A stretch of DNA of 64,000 nt from Octopus vulgaris (lineage: Eukaryota), in NCBI GenBank assembly GCA_951406725.2, contig OX597829.1, forward strand, positions 31,124,001 through 31,188,000, given 5' to 3'. The notes under the pieces were generated by a model. That model saw nothing but the letters and a program-made list of their open reading frames with translations. It was not told the origin of the DNA and did no database searches. Each line of letters starts with the position of its first letter. Positions within the stretch are counted from its first letter, which is position 1. The translations under genes and the position numbers were made by a program. Shown one piece after another: positions 1-13,780 of this stretch.

Positions 1-336
1 TTCAATATGAAAAAGAGCTGATGGAGGAGAAATCCAGAAAAGAGTAGAGAAAAGCAATCACAGAATCAAAATGAGATGGAGTGTGAGTGGAAAAGAGTAT
101 TATGAGAAGTGATCTAAAGACATTGTAGGATAGAAGAAATATCAGACAGAGGAGGACAAGAGACAAAGAAAAAGAACTGACTGAAATGCGGGAAAAGAGA
201 AGGAAGAGAGAGGAAAAGTAATAAAGAAAAAAAGGAGAGAGAACAATAGAGAATGGGAATATGTGGCTTTGTTTATAAGAACCATTGCTGTTTACTTTCT
301 GCCTACTTATGCTCAGTAAGTTAGCTATTTTGTTGA

Positions 337-560
337 GGTATGTGGTTTAGTAGTTAGGGCCTGGACTCATTATCGTAAAATTGTGGTTTTGATTTCTGGA
401 CCGAGTGGTGCATTGTGTCCTTGAGCAAAACACTTCATTTCATGTTGGTCTGGTCCACTCATTTGGCAAAAATAAGTAATCCTGCGATGGACTAGTGTTC
501 CATCCAGGGAAGAATATATATGCCAAAGAAACCAGGAAACAAAAGCCATGTTCTTTATGG
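337..560 (+). mobile_element. tRNA-derived SINE with CORE-like and V-domain-like segments
   Basis: A-box-like tggtttagtagttagggc, CORE-like gtgtccttgagcaaaacactt, V-like cctgcgatggactagtgttccatccaggg; related copy at 8720-9010. Confidence 0.65.
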
Positions 561-610
561 AGTAATGTAGACTAACCAAGTTAGATATTTTATCAGAGAC
601 TGATGAAATA

Positions 611-1176
611 TTGGTTTGTCCGGAAAATTCGTACCGATTTATAGTAGTTTACCTTTCGACTTATTCTAAAACATAGTTGAGTCCATAAAATAGGATTTGG
701 CTACACCTCCATTTAGAGCACTGTTTAAGCTATCTTTTCGTGGAAGAAGGTTTATGTTCCTATAACCTGTGTTAATTCTGTAACTTTTTAAAATGAAAAA
801 TAAGAAAGTTCATTTTCGGCACTTGATGCTTTGGGAACCAGACAAAAATTGCTGCAGCTTGGCTGGGATGTGTTACTCCACCCTCCATATTCACCAGATA
901 TTGCTCCTTTGGATTTCCACTTATTCAGGTCTCTGCAGAATAGTCTTAATGGTAAAAATTTCAATTCCTTGGATGACGTAAAAAGATACCTTGATGAATT
1001 CTTTGCCATGAAACCACCTCAATTTTGGGAAGAGGATATTTTCAAGTTAAAGAAAAGATGGAGACAGATTGTGCAACAAAATGGTTCATATTTGGTTGAT
1101 TAAAAATGTAATGGCAAGTATTTATTGACCTTTTTCTTTCCTTTAAAAATTGGCACAAATTTTCCAGACAACCCAA
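611..1176 (+). mobile_element. Internally deleted mariner transposon
   Basis: TIRs ttggtttgtccggaaaattcgtaccgattt / aaattggcacaaattttccagacaacccaa flanked by TA; ORF 831-1103 has mariner motif HPPYSPDIAPLDFHLFRSL; N-terminal MKNKKVHFRHLML joined directly to the C-terminal part. Confidence 0.92.
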
Positions 1177-1254
1177 TAAATAGCAAACTAAAATAAATAC
1201 TGATGATAGATGCATCCTTCTAAATCCCTTGAAGACAGTGATCCAGCATGGTTG

Positions 1255-1592
1255 CTGCCTAAAAAGGTAAGGATGACCATGAATGACCATAGGATTGCAC
1301 CTAGAAAGTTACCGCCTGAGGTACAAGTCTGGGCAAGGTTGTTTATGGAAGACCGGCAGTCACCCATGCATACCAGCTTCTCCTCACCATGCCACCGATG
1401 TTATCCAAAGGCAAAGGCTGATACAGATTGGCTCTAGTGACATCACAACTCATTTCTACAGAAGAGTGAACTGGAGCAACATGAAATAAAGTGTCTTACT
1501 CAAGAACACAACACACAACCCAGTCTGGGAACCGAACTCACTACCTCATGATTGTGAGTCCAACACTTTAACCACTGAGTCATGTGCCCCCA
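1255..1592 (-). mobile_element. tRNA-derived SINE (same family as 38279-38612)
   Basis: Reverse complement matches 38279-38612; tRNA-like head tgactcagtggttaaagtg...gagttcggttcc. Confidence 0.75.
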
Positions 1593-1669
1593 TTAGGCTA
1601 CTGACTAATGACAGAATAAATCCTGTAGCAATGTTTATACCTGACCTTTGTATGCAGTTGACCACAAGG

Positions 1670-1865
1670 TCCAGTCCTTGTTGCAGTGTGGTGGTTTGTG
1701 TGCCTCAATAGCCCCAAGAGCTATGCCAGTAGTGTACATGTTTGTAGTAGGGTCTCTCAAGCTGGACAGGTCAAAGGATAGATGTCAGATTAATATGGAC
1801 CACTTCCTCTGGTAGATAAAATGGGTTTGTGTAAGGTCAGCACTCCCACCTAGAAAAGAAAAGGC
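1670..1865 (+). mobile_element. RTE/BovB-like LINE 5' end fragment
   Basis: ccttgttgcagtgtggtggtttgtgtgcctcaatagccccaagagctatgcc...caagctggacaggtc resembles recalled RTE 5' leaders. Confidence 0.45.
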
Positions 1866-2009
1866 AAAGTTATAAGTACAGGGGTGGCTATGTGTTAAGA
1901 AGCTTGCTTCCCAACCACGGTTCTGGGTTCAGTCCCACTGTGTGACACCTTGGGCAAATGTCTCCTACTATAGCCTTGGGCTGAGCAAAGCCTTGTGAGT
2001 GGATTTGTG

Positions 2010-2230
2010 GTCTGTAGCTCTCATCAGTAATTCATGTGGCACTGAGTCATATGCATTAGCTAGGTCAAGTCATACCATGTTCAAACTTGTTTTGTTCTAT
2101 TTGGCATCATGGATTGCTTTCCAAATCGAAAAACAATGCTCAAAGCATCCAAAGATCCCAGAGATTCAGGCCTTTTGAACACATTAATCAACTTATCCAT
2201 TACTCTGTAAATTTGCCACTGTTCTCCTTG
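2010..2230 (-). pseudogene. HERO/R2-superfamily non-LTR reverse transcriptase fragment
   Basis: Minus-strand translation VQKA*ISGIFGCFEHCFSIWKAIHDAK*NKTSLNMV*LDLANAYDSVPHELLMRA matches the QKG..GCxEH and WLDLANAYGSVPH motifs; in-frame stops. Confidence 0.8.
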
Positions 2231-2904
2231 AGGACCAGCTGGTGCCTGTCCGAAAACAAGTGTGCTCAGCCAACAGTGCCATGCTTGTTGTTGGGTGGGC
2301 GCTGGCTGGATGAGATGTGCGCAGTCAGCAGCAAGCAGACAGCATTGGAGTGGACAGCCACTGTACTAGTGCTGTACTATTAGAGGACCAAAGAAGATTA
2401 GGCAAGGGGACCCAGCCATGGCTTACAATGGAGTGGATCAGTTGGCACATTTGTCACCGTGATAGGTCGCTGGGAGTTTGTAGGTGAGCTAGCGAGCCAT
2501 CAAGGTGGTGGTCAGCGGTAATGATCCCATATATATATATACCATATATACTCATGTAAAGTCAAATTTTTTAGACCATTTTTTTAAGGTCAAATTTATG
2601 GGGTCGACTATTACATGGATACCTCTTTTGAGTGGCTAAAATTCAAGCAAAAATCTTAAGTACCATATCAGCAGCAGAAACCCAACTGATCTCAAAGCGA
2701 ATAAAAACAAAAACACAACGAATTACCATAATATTACCAATTCTATGCATCAAAACAAACATCCTAGTAAATAACAAAACCTATAAACAAGACCACGTAG
2801 CTCTTATAAATATTTACACTTCCTCTTAAAAAAAAAAGTTGCAGGATGTCATGTGCAGTTACCAGTGAATGTCCATAATATGGTGCAAAGTTGTTAATCT
2901 GGAG

Positions 2905-3030
2905 CAGGGATTCCCAAAGTGTGTTCTGCAAAACCCTTGGATTCCCAAAAAGTTATCAGTGGCTCCACGTTTTTAAAAATAATGTCGAAGGATTCTGTGA
3001 TAAAAAAAAAGGAACGTTTGGGATCCACTG
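2905..3030. mobile_element. Short hAT-type MITE
   Basis: TIRs cagggattcccaaa / tttgggatccactg; imperfect 8-bp TSD atctggag/atctagcc. Confidence 0.65.
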
Positions 3031-4420
3031 ATCTAGCCATTAACTTAGGTTTACCGAAGTTATGCCTCTCGAATTCATATTGTGGTGTTTGCTGTTGTTC
3101 GCCGATAGTGCTGTTTGTGAAACACGTTTCTCACCATGTAAAAGGACTCAGAGGGGGTATATACAACGTATAATGGGAAGATTTTCCTCTGCATGTGCTT
3201 GAGAGAAAGATTAGTGTCACACAACTGGCATGTAAAAGCACCCGTTACATCCTCAGAGTGATTGGCATTAGGAATGTCATCCAGCTGTAGAAACCATGCC
3301 TAATCACATTGGAGTCTGATGCAGCCCCTCAGCTTATCAGCCCTGATCAAACCATCCAATTCATGTCAGCATGGACAATGAATGCAAATAATAATGATGG
3401 TGGTGGTGGTGGTGATGGTGACGAGGTGGAGGAGATCCAGTCACAAAGCTTTGGTTGGCTTAAAGCTCATAGAAGACGCTTAATGTGTCACAGAGTAGGA
3501 CCAAGCGCAAAACTTTGTGGTTGAGAAGCAAAATTCTTAACCACAAAGACATGCCAGCATCTCATAGCCATGCCTGCATTATAGGGTTTCTTAAAATTAC
3601 AAAGTATATCTTGATCTAATGACAGGATAACTCATACAGTATTGGACAGTAAGGCTTATAAGGTTTTCTAAATTGCATTGGTGTGAGGAACAGTATGAGT
3701 CAATTATTAAATTTTCAAATTATCATTATTTTCTTCAGTTTAAATTTTAACTTCAGTGTCAATGTCCTGTTATAAACCACTTTTCAAATATTGCAGCAGT
3801 TATCCATAGTTTTTTTTTGTTTTTTTTTTCTAATGAAGTGGGAGGGTATTTTTATTTAATCCTTTTATTGACTGCCTTATTAAGAATCCTACTTTTAGGC
3901 TTCAGAAAGCAGCCTCATAATAAATCCCAGCATAATAATAATGTTATTCAATCTTTAGATGCCATGGTGATTCAGCTAACTACTTTTGCTAATGCAATCT
4001 ATTATTTTTCACAAATTAGACTAGCTTTATCAATGTTACTGCATTTATATCAAAGAAATGAAATCTTCTTCAATAATTTTAATACAAATTCTTCAGTAGT
4101 TTTATATCTTATCACATGATCACTTGTCTCATGCAATTTATTATTATGAAGGAGGCTTTGGTCTTGAAATATTTCAAGCCATCCTGCACTACTAGAAAAT
4201 CTAGCATATAGTTGAATGAATATCCTCTTCCTCATACTCCTTCTCCTACCCCTACTCCTACTCCTCCTTATTGTTATTATTATTTGATATATATATACTT
4301 GATTAAATATTCTCACTGTTGTTTCCATTGTATAGAACATGTTATATACACAATCTTTTTGGGGCTTTATATTCTATATAAAATAACAGAACTTTTCTAT
4401 GGTTTCCACAATGTTATTTC

Positions 4421-4469
4421 ATATATATATATATATTTATATATATATATGTATATATATTTACATATA

Positions 4470-4563
<94 letters not shown>
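4421..4563. repeat. (TA)n microsatellite
   Basis: Direct reading. Confidence 0.98.
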
Positions 4564-4567
<4 letters not shown>

Positions 4568-4586
4568 TGATGTGTTTTCAACATAC

Positions 4587-4796
4587 CAGAAATCTTACAA
4601 TTACACTGAATCTCATTTCTTTCTTTGCTTCTTTTAATTGATCTGAGAATTGCTTCATTTTTATTAAGCCATTTTCACAGTTTCTTTTGAATGCTTTTCC
4701 ATTTTGAAACTGGTTTAATACTTCAGTATTCTTCCAAAGAACAAATAGACATTCTTGCTTGTTTTTCACTTTGTCAATCGAAACTCTATCAACATA
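4587..4796 (-). CDS. Candidate internal coding exon of an unidentified host gene (70 aa, phase 0-0)
   Basis: Long poly-T tract + tag acceptor, gtatgt donor, 210 nt open frame [70 protein letters not shown], non-repetitive sequence. Confidence 0.6.
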
Positions 4797-5074
4797 CTAC
4801 CAAAAAAAAAAAAAAAAAAAAAGAAAGAAAATTACGTTAAAAAAATAAAAATTCATGTTTAGAATGATGTCTACTGCACTATCACAGAAATCAAATGAAA
4901 GTAAAATGAAACACCTGAACAAAAATGATGATGTGGCATTTCTAAATGGTATGTAAGTAATTTGGGAAATATTCAACCAAAACGAAAATCATGTGAGAGT
5001 GAAACTGTGTAAACTGAGGAATATGCTTAATGTTTGAATAGACAGTTTCGAAGAGAGAAACCAAAACATCTTCA

Positions 5075-5254
<180 letters not shown>

Positions 5255-5256
<2 letters not shown>

Positions 5257-5750
5257 TCTTTTTATTGGCCACAAGGACTGACAAACATGATTGGAAAACA
5301 TAAAGGGACAAAACAGGACAAAAGGTTACAAAGGGTTATGTCCGTTCGTGAAAAAATCGAGTAAAAAAGCAGTTTAACAACAAAAATATAACAACGCAAA
5401 ACTCCCAATAGGGGGAGGCATTATGAAAAAAGGAAAAGGCCTCACATGGAAAAACCCATAAAAGCCACCTTCTTCAATTACAGGTGAAACCTCAGAATTG
5501 GTCCATTTACACTGGCCATTCTTGCACAATTCACCCACCTTTCAGAAAATTTGCTATCAGACAGCACTCTCCTCTCTAACCTCATCTTCTTTTTCAAGTG
5601 AAACTTGAAAAAGTTGATGAGGCCTTGACCAAAGAGGAAAGTGTCTGACTTTAGCCCTTTCAAACGGGTCCACCATACAACCTCTTTCGCCACAGCCACT
5701 AGGCACAGGAAAACGGCCTCGCCCTCCTTGTTAAAGGAGCAATCTTCACT
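5255..5750 (-). mobile_element. Tx1/L1-like LINE 3' end inserted in (TAA)n
   Basis: ORF 5478-5699 (AKEVVWWTR...FSERW) resembles an L1/Tx1 ORF2 C-terminus; second diverged copy at 7893-8020 + 8412-8712. Confidence 0.6.
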
Positions 5751-5781
<31 letters not shown>

Positions 5782-5794
5782 CAACAACAACATG

Positions 5795-6215
5795 GTAATC
5801 GTATATCAAGATAAACAGTGCGTGACCTTGCAGGTGGGGTTCAGTTAGAATTTTCTTCAGGTCGGGTAGTCCATCCCACTCAAAAGATCCTTGAATAAGG
5901 GTTGTTTAAGGATGTTGAATGAAACACCCATGTTTCCAGAGGTAAATAATTCAAACTCCAAAGAATTCCTCTCAACACATGGCTATGATGCTCCCCCACT
6001 ACTTCTCGTGATCAGAGATGCACGTATCGTCAGCCATTAAGGGAGATGCTCGACTGGTTAAGGTCAAACAACTGACAAGCAAATCTGTGGTATTGAGCAG
6101 AATATTTGCTGTAGCCCATCTTTTATACCAAGATAAAACAATGTACATGATAACACTTCCAATCAGTTAAAATCAAAAGCCATGAGAGCCACTGCTTGGT
6201 ACTGCATCAGGGCAT
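5795..6215 (-). mobile_element. Unclassified interspersed repeat bounded by (TAA)n/(TTA)n
   Basis: Second copy at ~11430-11722 (aacaatgtacatgataacacttccaatcagtta shared); both abut TTA repeats. Confidence 0.65.
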
Positions 6216-6253
6216 ATTATTATTATCTTTATTATTATTATTATCATTACTAC

Positions 6254-6293
<40 letters not shown>

Positions 6294-6344
6294 GTTATTA
6301 TTATTATTATTCTTATTATAATAATAATAATAATAATAATAAAG

Positions 6345-7855
6345 ACAGAGAGTGAAGGCTTGATCTTGACTGCCCAAGATCAGAGCTTATTGACCCGGAA
6401 CTATCAAGCCAATATGGTGAACTTGGGTTATCATTTCAAGGGAAAAACACAAAGTATCAACCATCTTCACTTCATGGATGATTTGAAGCTATATGACAAG
6501 CATGAGGTGCAAGTGAGTCCCTTTGTGGACACTGTCCACTGTTTTAGTGTTGATGTTAAGATGGAATTTGGACTCAAGTAGTGTAGTATAATGTGTCTGA
6601 AATGAGGCAAGGTACAGTCCCAGCAGGGACAGAATTACCAAATTGGGAAGTTATGAAAGAAATTGGGCAGTGGCATCACTTAAGTATGGAGATGGAATCA
6701 TAAGCTAGCAAAAGAATGAACTGGTGAGTATATATATACAAAGACACAGAAATCATTGACATTCAAAGGAGCATTCCACCCAAGAGTGATACAGATCAGT
6801 TGTATGAGTACAGAAGAAAAGGTGGAAGAGGTCTGATAAGTTGTCAGGATTGTGTTGAATCAGAGGAAAACAGTTTAGGGTGTTATGTAAAAAATGCTGT
6901 GGAACCATTATTGATGCATGGGGGAAAATCAGGCACCATCAAAACTGATAATTATGTTATGTTAAGAGAGAGAAGTTTAAAGAAGAAAAGAACATGAAAA
7001 AAGAAATTGCATAGAAAGGGAAGATAATGTTCAGTCAATTTGCAAGAGATATGAACACAAAGACAGATGCAGAAGGCTGGTGGTTATGGATGTGGGGAAG
7101 TGACTTAAAGATAGAAACAGAAGCACCTATATGTGCAGCATCAGAACAAGCATTGAGAACAAACTATGTTAAATGTAGAAGTGGTAAAACAACTGAGAGC
7201 AGCAAATAAAAAAACGTGTGGCGAGAAGGATAAAACAATGTAGCACATTGTCAGTGAATGCCCAAAACTGGACAATGAAAATATAGAAGGCAACATGACA
7301 ATGTGGCAAGAATGATCCATTGGGAGCTTTGTAGAAATTATGGCCTAGAAATATCAAAGATGTATGACTAAATCTTAGAAGGAGTTATTAAGAATGTGCA
7401 CAATCCTATGAAATGTAATGATTCAGTATGGCCATCAGATTAAACACCAGAAACCTGACATTGTTGTGGTGAACAGAAAAAAAACCATGCCTGATAATTG
7501 ACTTAACATGCCCTGGTGACAACAGTGTTGAAGAGAAAGCTGAAGAAAAGATGAATAACTATGATGAACTGAAGTGGAAAACATACAGGTTGTGGGCAGT
7601 GAAGAAAGTGGATGTGATACCTGTAGTGATTAGTGCTCTTAGAAGTATCAGCACTCAATTACGAACATAGCTCAAAAGGATTGATACAAATATAAAGATA
7701 GAACATCTACAAAAATCATCATTGCTTGGAACTGCAAAAGTTCTCTGAAGGGTTCTTGAAGCATGACCAGTAAACAAGAGTCACCTTAGTCTGATGACTG
7801 TGAACAGTTAACACATTCCATCATACCCAGTAAAATAAAACTGAGAGTTTTCATA
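6345..7855 (+). mobile_element. Decayed R4/Dong-clade non-LTR retrotransposon (RT + CCHC + restriction-like endonuclease)
   Basis: INHLHFMDDLKLY, MEFGLK, RRKGGRGLIS, EQALRTN, HIVSECPKL, RHDNVARMIHWELC-like, KPDIVVV..IIDLTCP; frameshifts and stops; flanked by (TAA)n, the known Dong target type. Confidence 0.9.
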
Positions 7856-8020
7856 ATTATAAGAACAACAACAACAACAATAACAATAATAATCATTCTT
7901 TCTTTATTAGCCAAAAGGGTCACCTACAAAAGAAAAGGATGATACAAAAACAAGGGACAGTTAGGTTTTACATAAAACACATGTAAGCAATAAAAAAACA
8001 TTAACAATTAACAATAACAT

Positions 8021-8209
8021 AGGCGTAGGAGTGGCTGTGTGGTAAGTAGCTTGCTTACGAACTGCATGGTTCTGAGTTCAGTCCCACTGTGTGGCACCTT
8101 GGGAAAGTGTCTTCTACTATAGCCTCGGGCTGACCAAAGCCTTGTGAGTGGATTTGGTAGACAGAAACTGAAAGAAGCCCATCATATATATGTGTATGTA
8201 TATATATTT

Positions 8210-8257
<48 letters not shown>

Positions 8258-8411
8258 GTGTGTTTATGTCCCCGTAACTTAGCGGTTCGGCAAAAGAGAC
8301 CGATAGAATAAGTACTAGGCTTACAAAGAAAAAGTCTTGGGGTCGATTTGCTCAACTAAAGGCAGTGCTCCAGCATGGCCACAGTCAAATGACTGAAACA
8401 AGTAAAAGAGT
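8021..8411 (+). mobile_element. Major tRNA/CORE-type SINE with internal (TA)n
   Basis: aggcgtaggagtggctgtgtggtaag..ggttctgagttcagtccc..ggcaccttgggaaagtgtctt..(TA)n..gactgaaacaagtaaaagag; more than 15 copies in the window. Confidence 0.9.
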
Positions 8412-8719
8412 AATAAAATCCTAAACAATGAAATTCCCCGGTAGCAGGGGGTACCATGCAGGAATGACTAAGGAATCCTACAGATTCCAAGTCACCCTTT
8501 TCACCCAGCTTACTCAGGCCATCCTCACCACATTCACCCATCTTCCAACAAATTTACTGGGTGATAATACCTCCCTCTACCTTCACTTACCTTTTCAAGT
8601 GGAACCTAAAAATGTTGATGTGGGCTTAGCTAAGAGAAGCATGTCTGTCTTTAATCCTTTCATTTGCATAAACCACACAACCACTTTTGTCATAGCCACT
8701 AGACACAGAGTGGAATCAC

Positions 8720-9010
8720 AATGGCCTAGTGGTTAGAGCAGCGGACTCGCGGTCGAGGGATCGTGGGTTCGAATCTCAGACTGGGCGATGTGTGTGTTTA
8801 TGAGCAAAACACCTAAGCTCCACACGGCTCCGGCAGAAGGTAATGGTGAACTTCTGCTGACTCTTTCGCCACAACTTTCTCTCACTCTTTCCTCCTGCAT
8901 CTCGCAGCTCACCTGTGACGGACTAGCGTCCCATCCAGGTGGAGAACATATACGCAAAGGAAACCATAAAACTGGCCCTTATGAGTCAGGCATGGCTCGA
9001 GAAGGAACAA
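8720..9010 (+). mobile_element. tRNA-derived SINE with V-like domain
   Basis: A/B boxes tggcctagtggttagagc...gggttcgaatctc; gacggactagcgtcccatccagg; partial copy at 39050-39210. Confidence 0.75.
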
Positions 9011-9760
9011 CTAGACAGAGAAAAACTGCTGGCTCTTCCCAAAGGAAGGCAGCAGGGCAATCTTTGTGATGGAGTTGGCTGATAGCTGGATCCATCTTAC
9101 ATGTGACAGCAGATGTTCAACATAAATCCACAAGTCAGCAATGCTCAGGCTGCTTTATTAGCACAAAGACAATTGACTCACATTAGTACAAATGCAGTCA
9201 CAGCAGCTCTTGAAAATCTATGAACCAAATGACTACAATAGAAGAGTGGTTAGAATTGGATCTGATCTTAGAGTTAATTAGAGAAAATAATATTAATTGT
9301 GTAATTGGGAGATGTAAGGGATGCGCTCTAAGAGCATCGGTGTATTATGTATAGGAGTTTTGCAAGTATGTTAGTGAAAAATATTACAGAATATGTGGTG
9401 GAAGTAGAAAATTAAAAATAAAACAGCACAAATGTGAAACAAAGAAGTTAAGCAAAATAATTTTTTGTGTGAGATTGAAACGTAATTAAGTCTTAAAAAT
9501 AATCAACAAATAAATAGAATTGTGCCTGCATGTCTTTTCTCTCTCTTTTTCCTCATTGAAAGGATTCTTATTCGAAACAGATGAATTAATTAATTAGTGC
9601 AATAAGACAGCTGTCATAATCACTGCAATACATAAAGATATAAAGAAAACTTTTGTTGAATTCATCATACATCAGAGTTTTCTTTTAATGTTTAGCCAAT
9701 ACTATATTTCATTATGTTGCACCCACTTCCTTCCATACACATTGAGGTATTGTCTCTGCA

Positions 9761-9993
9761 AGGTGGCGAGTTGTCAGAAACATTAGCATGCCGGGCGAAA
9801 TGCTTAGAGGTATTTCGTCCGTCGCTATGTTCTGAGTTCAAATTCTGCCAAGGTCGACTTTGCCTTTCATCCTTTCGAGGTCGATTAAATAAGTACCAGT
9901 TACGCACTGGTGTCGATATTATTGACTTAATCTATGTGTCTGTCCTTGTTTGTCCTCTCTGTGTTTAGTCCCTTGTGGGTAGTAAAGAAATAG
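9761..9993 (+). mobile_element. SINE with Meta-domain-like centre
   Basis: gagttcaaattctgccaaggtcgactttgcctttcatcctttcgaggtcgattaaataagtaccag; further copies ~12445, 13160(-), 17085, 17870(-), 18500, 18655, 30140, 53030(-). Confidence 0.75.
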
Positions 9994-10314
9994 GTATTGT
10001 CTCTGCTTTTATATAAATACGTGCAGGCCAAAACAATGTGGTATAACTACAGAATTATGCCACCCCACCTGCCAGCTTTGTTTTCCACCCATAGCATTTT
10101 TAAAATACATATTTTTCTATAAAAGTTTTTAAGGATATATTATAGAGGGTATAAATTACAATTATCATGATAAAATTTGAAAAGAAATTCTTTTTTGAAG
10201 AGTTTCAAATCATCTCATTCCAAATTTTGATTCCCCGCCCCAACTCCCGCATAAAATTTGCCAGCATAAAATTTTCTTCAACAAAGATGAAAATTGGCAT
10301 AGGTTTCAGCTCAA

Positions 10315-11215
<901 letters not shown>

Positions 11216-13624
11216 GTTGCAAGCATGGCCACTTTGGTTAATATGCAGTTTACTATAATAAAAACGTGAAAGTAAATTGTCCTAAAAGCATGAAACTAAA
11301 CTGCAATAGAAACCTAGAGTGACAACAGTCTGTTCCCTACATCTACATTAATCAAATTATCAAACAGTGTAACTCAATTTCTTTCTTTGGGTAGCAACTG
11401 TTATTTCTTATTTGCTTACCCCTATAACGTATGAAAAATGGTTAATATTTCTTTCAAACTTGACTTTTGTAATGATATTTATTCAAACCCCAAAGAATCC
11501 TCCACCACTCCTACTTATGATCAGGGATGCACATATTGTCAGCCGCTAAAGGACATGTTCAAGTGGTTAAGGTCAAACAAGTGACAATCTGTGGTATTAA
11601 GAGGAATATTTGTTGTAACATGTCTTTTATACCAAGGCAAAACAATGTACATGATAACACTTCCAATCAGTTATGACCAGAAGCAACGAAAGCCACTGCT
11701 TGGTGCTGCATCAGGACATTTATTATAATTATTATTAAGGTCAAGCAACAGACAAGAACATCTCTGGTATCAAACAGAGTACATGATTATTGATTTGCTC
11801 ATCTGTAACTTGTCCTTTATCATGTGTCAACATGCAAAAAACCAAATTGCTTTTTCTGAAGTGTTTATTGCTGGGTATACTATGTTGGAATAGTGTACCT
11901 CAGATCCTATTTCTGAAATACTTAACACTAGAATATACTGTACAGGGAGGTGCCTGTGGACATGGCATAATGAGTTTACTGGGTTTTTTAAAGAAGTTTT
12001 TGGTATATCATTCCTTATTTCTTTTGCAATTTACATTCATTTTTTTAGGGCAATTTACTTTCACTTATTTAGCAACAGTAAACTGCATGTTAACCGGGAA
12101 TTTTAGTTTTGTTACTTGACCTTCAGTGGAATACCTTAATGTGAGCTCAATGAGTTTGATGCTTTATTGTTTCGCTCTCCTGTGATTGAGTTTAGCAGTG
12201 GTTGAACATTATAATTTTTACATTTCCCAAAATACCACCACAAGTTTATGGAGGTTTTTTTGCCCAAGAAATCAATGAGTAAAATTAATGTTTTGTTGGG
12301 GTAAAATAAAACAAAAACAACATAATCACACAAAATCAGGAAAATAGCAAAACCTCATTGCTTGAGGAACTAAATTACCAACAGAATTGTGATAAATAGT
12401 TTCTTAACAGTTCAAGAACACTGAAATGCTTTATATAATTATTAGTGCTGGCAGAATCGTTAGCTCACCAGACAAAATACTCAGCGGTATTTCATTCATC
12501 TATATTTTGAGTTCAAATTCTCTCAAAGTCAGCTTTGCCTTTCATCATTTTAAGGTCAATAAAGTAAGCACCAGCTTGTGCCCATAGTAGAAAACATTAT
12601 CATTATTAACTTTCCAGGGTACAAAGTTCATTTGCAACAATTATTATAAAAATATGTGACATTGTCTTTTTATAAAAAGCCATTTTGTTTTGTCTTTCTG
12701 CATTATTTTGTACACTAAAAGAATGATTCATTTTACCATTTACATAGTTTTGAGAGGCAAGAATTTCATTCATTCATTTATTCAATATGGACCTTTGTAA
12801 TGAGTAGCTTATAAACATTTCCTCTTTATCTTACTTTAGAACATATTTGCAACTAAACTTTATATTAATTTATTTTCATCGTCATTTCTTTATATTGTTT
12901 AAAACTGAATTGAATATTAGATAAATATTGAAAATTTATTCCAGGAAAACAGCCGTTTCTTATAAATAACTCTCCTAGGGCACAATCTTATATTATTTAA
13001 CAATTTAAAATTATGAATTTTCTAAATGATTTCAAATTGTATACCAGAAACATTAGTAAAACAGCTTTCCCATATATATTTAGTCAATTGTTGATTGGAT
13101 CAGTTGATGTAATATTTACATTTATATTTATTCCTTATATCTTTACTTTTCAATATATTTTTTTAAATTTCTTTATTGCCCACAAGGGGCTAAACATGGA
13201 GGGGACAAACAAAGACAGACAAAGGGATTAGGTCAATTACATAACTGCGTAACTGGTACTTAATTTATTGACCCCGAAAGGCTGAAAGGTAAAGTCAACT
13301 TCGGCGGAATTTGAACTCAGAACTTAATGGCAGATGAAATATCACTAAGCATTTCACCCGGCATGCTAACGTTTCTGCCAGTTTGCCATACTAGAATATG
13401 CTGTTAAATGCCAGCTTAGCACCAAAAATTGCAAAGTGAATTGAGCTCAAAAGAACAACCCTAACGCTTCATCTGTTATGTAGGTTAGCAAGGTATTTAT
13501 TGGGATATTATATAGATGGGTCCATTCAAAAGATATATTGAAGATATAACCAGCAATAAGCCTACTACTTGATCTGAGAAGCAAGGTATTGGAGACCAAA
13601 AGATGTTTCCAAAGACCTTAAAGC

Positions 13625-13780
13625 AGGTTTGGAATGACACAACCCTTTAAAATAAAGAGCAGGAACTACTGGAGGTGGTCAAACACTACTGATAAGATAT
13701 AGTCAGTGTCTACTCTGGAAGTTTTTGTAGTTCTGGCATCATACATTTGGACGGATGATGCAAACTCCACTATTCAGATA
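13625..13780 (+). pseudogene. RTE-type AP endonuclease N-terminal relic
   Basis: VWNDTTL*NKEQELLEVVKHY**DIVSVYSGSFCSSGIIHLDG*CKLHYS aligns by eye with the TWNV.SL.GKE.EL...DIVG...G..L.YSG pattern. Confidence 0.65.

Noticed and set aside
597-612. CTGATGA hammerhead/C-D-box-like word
   Set aside because: No stem II, GAAA or stem I partner; abuts the mariner TIR
4050-4200. Possible terminal exon after 4587-4796
   Set aside because: The long open frame is not phase-compatible with the upstream exon at the available AG acceptors
8720-8795. tRNA-like sequences with A and B boxes (also many other SINE heads)
   Set aside because: They continue into SINE bodies and lack a complete cloverleaf
11790-12119. 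109-aa hydrophobic ORF
   Set aside because: No recognisable family, TTG start, and it overlaps the decayed duplicate
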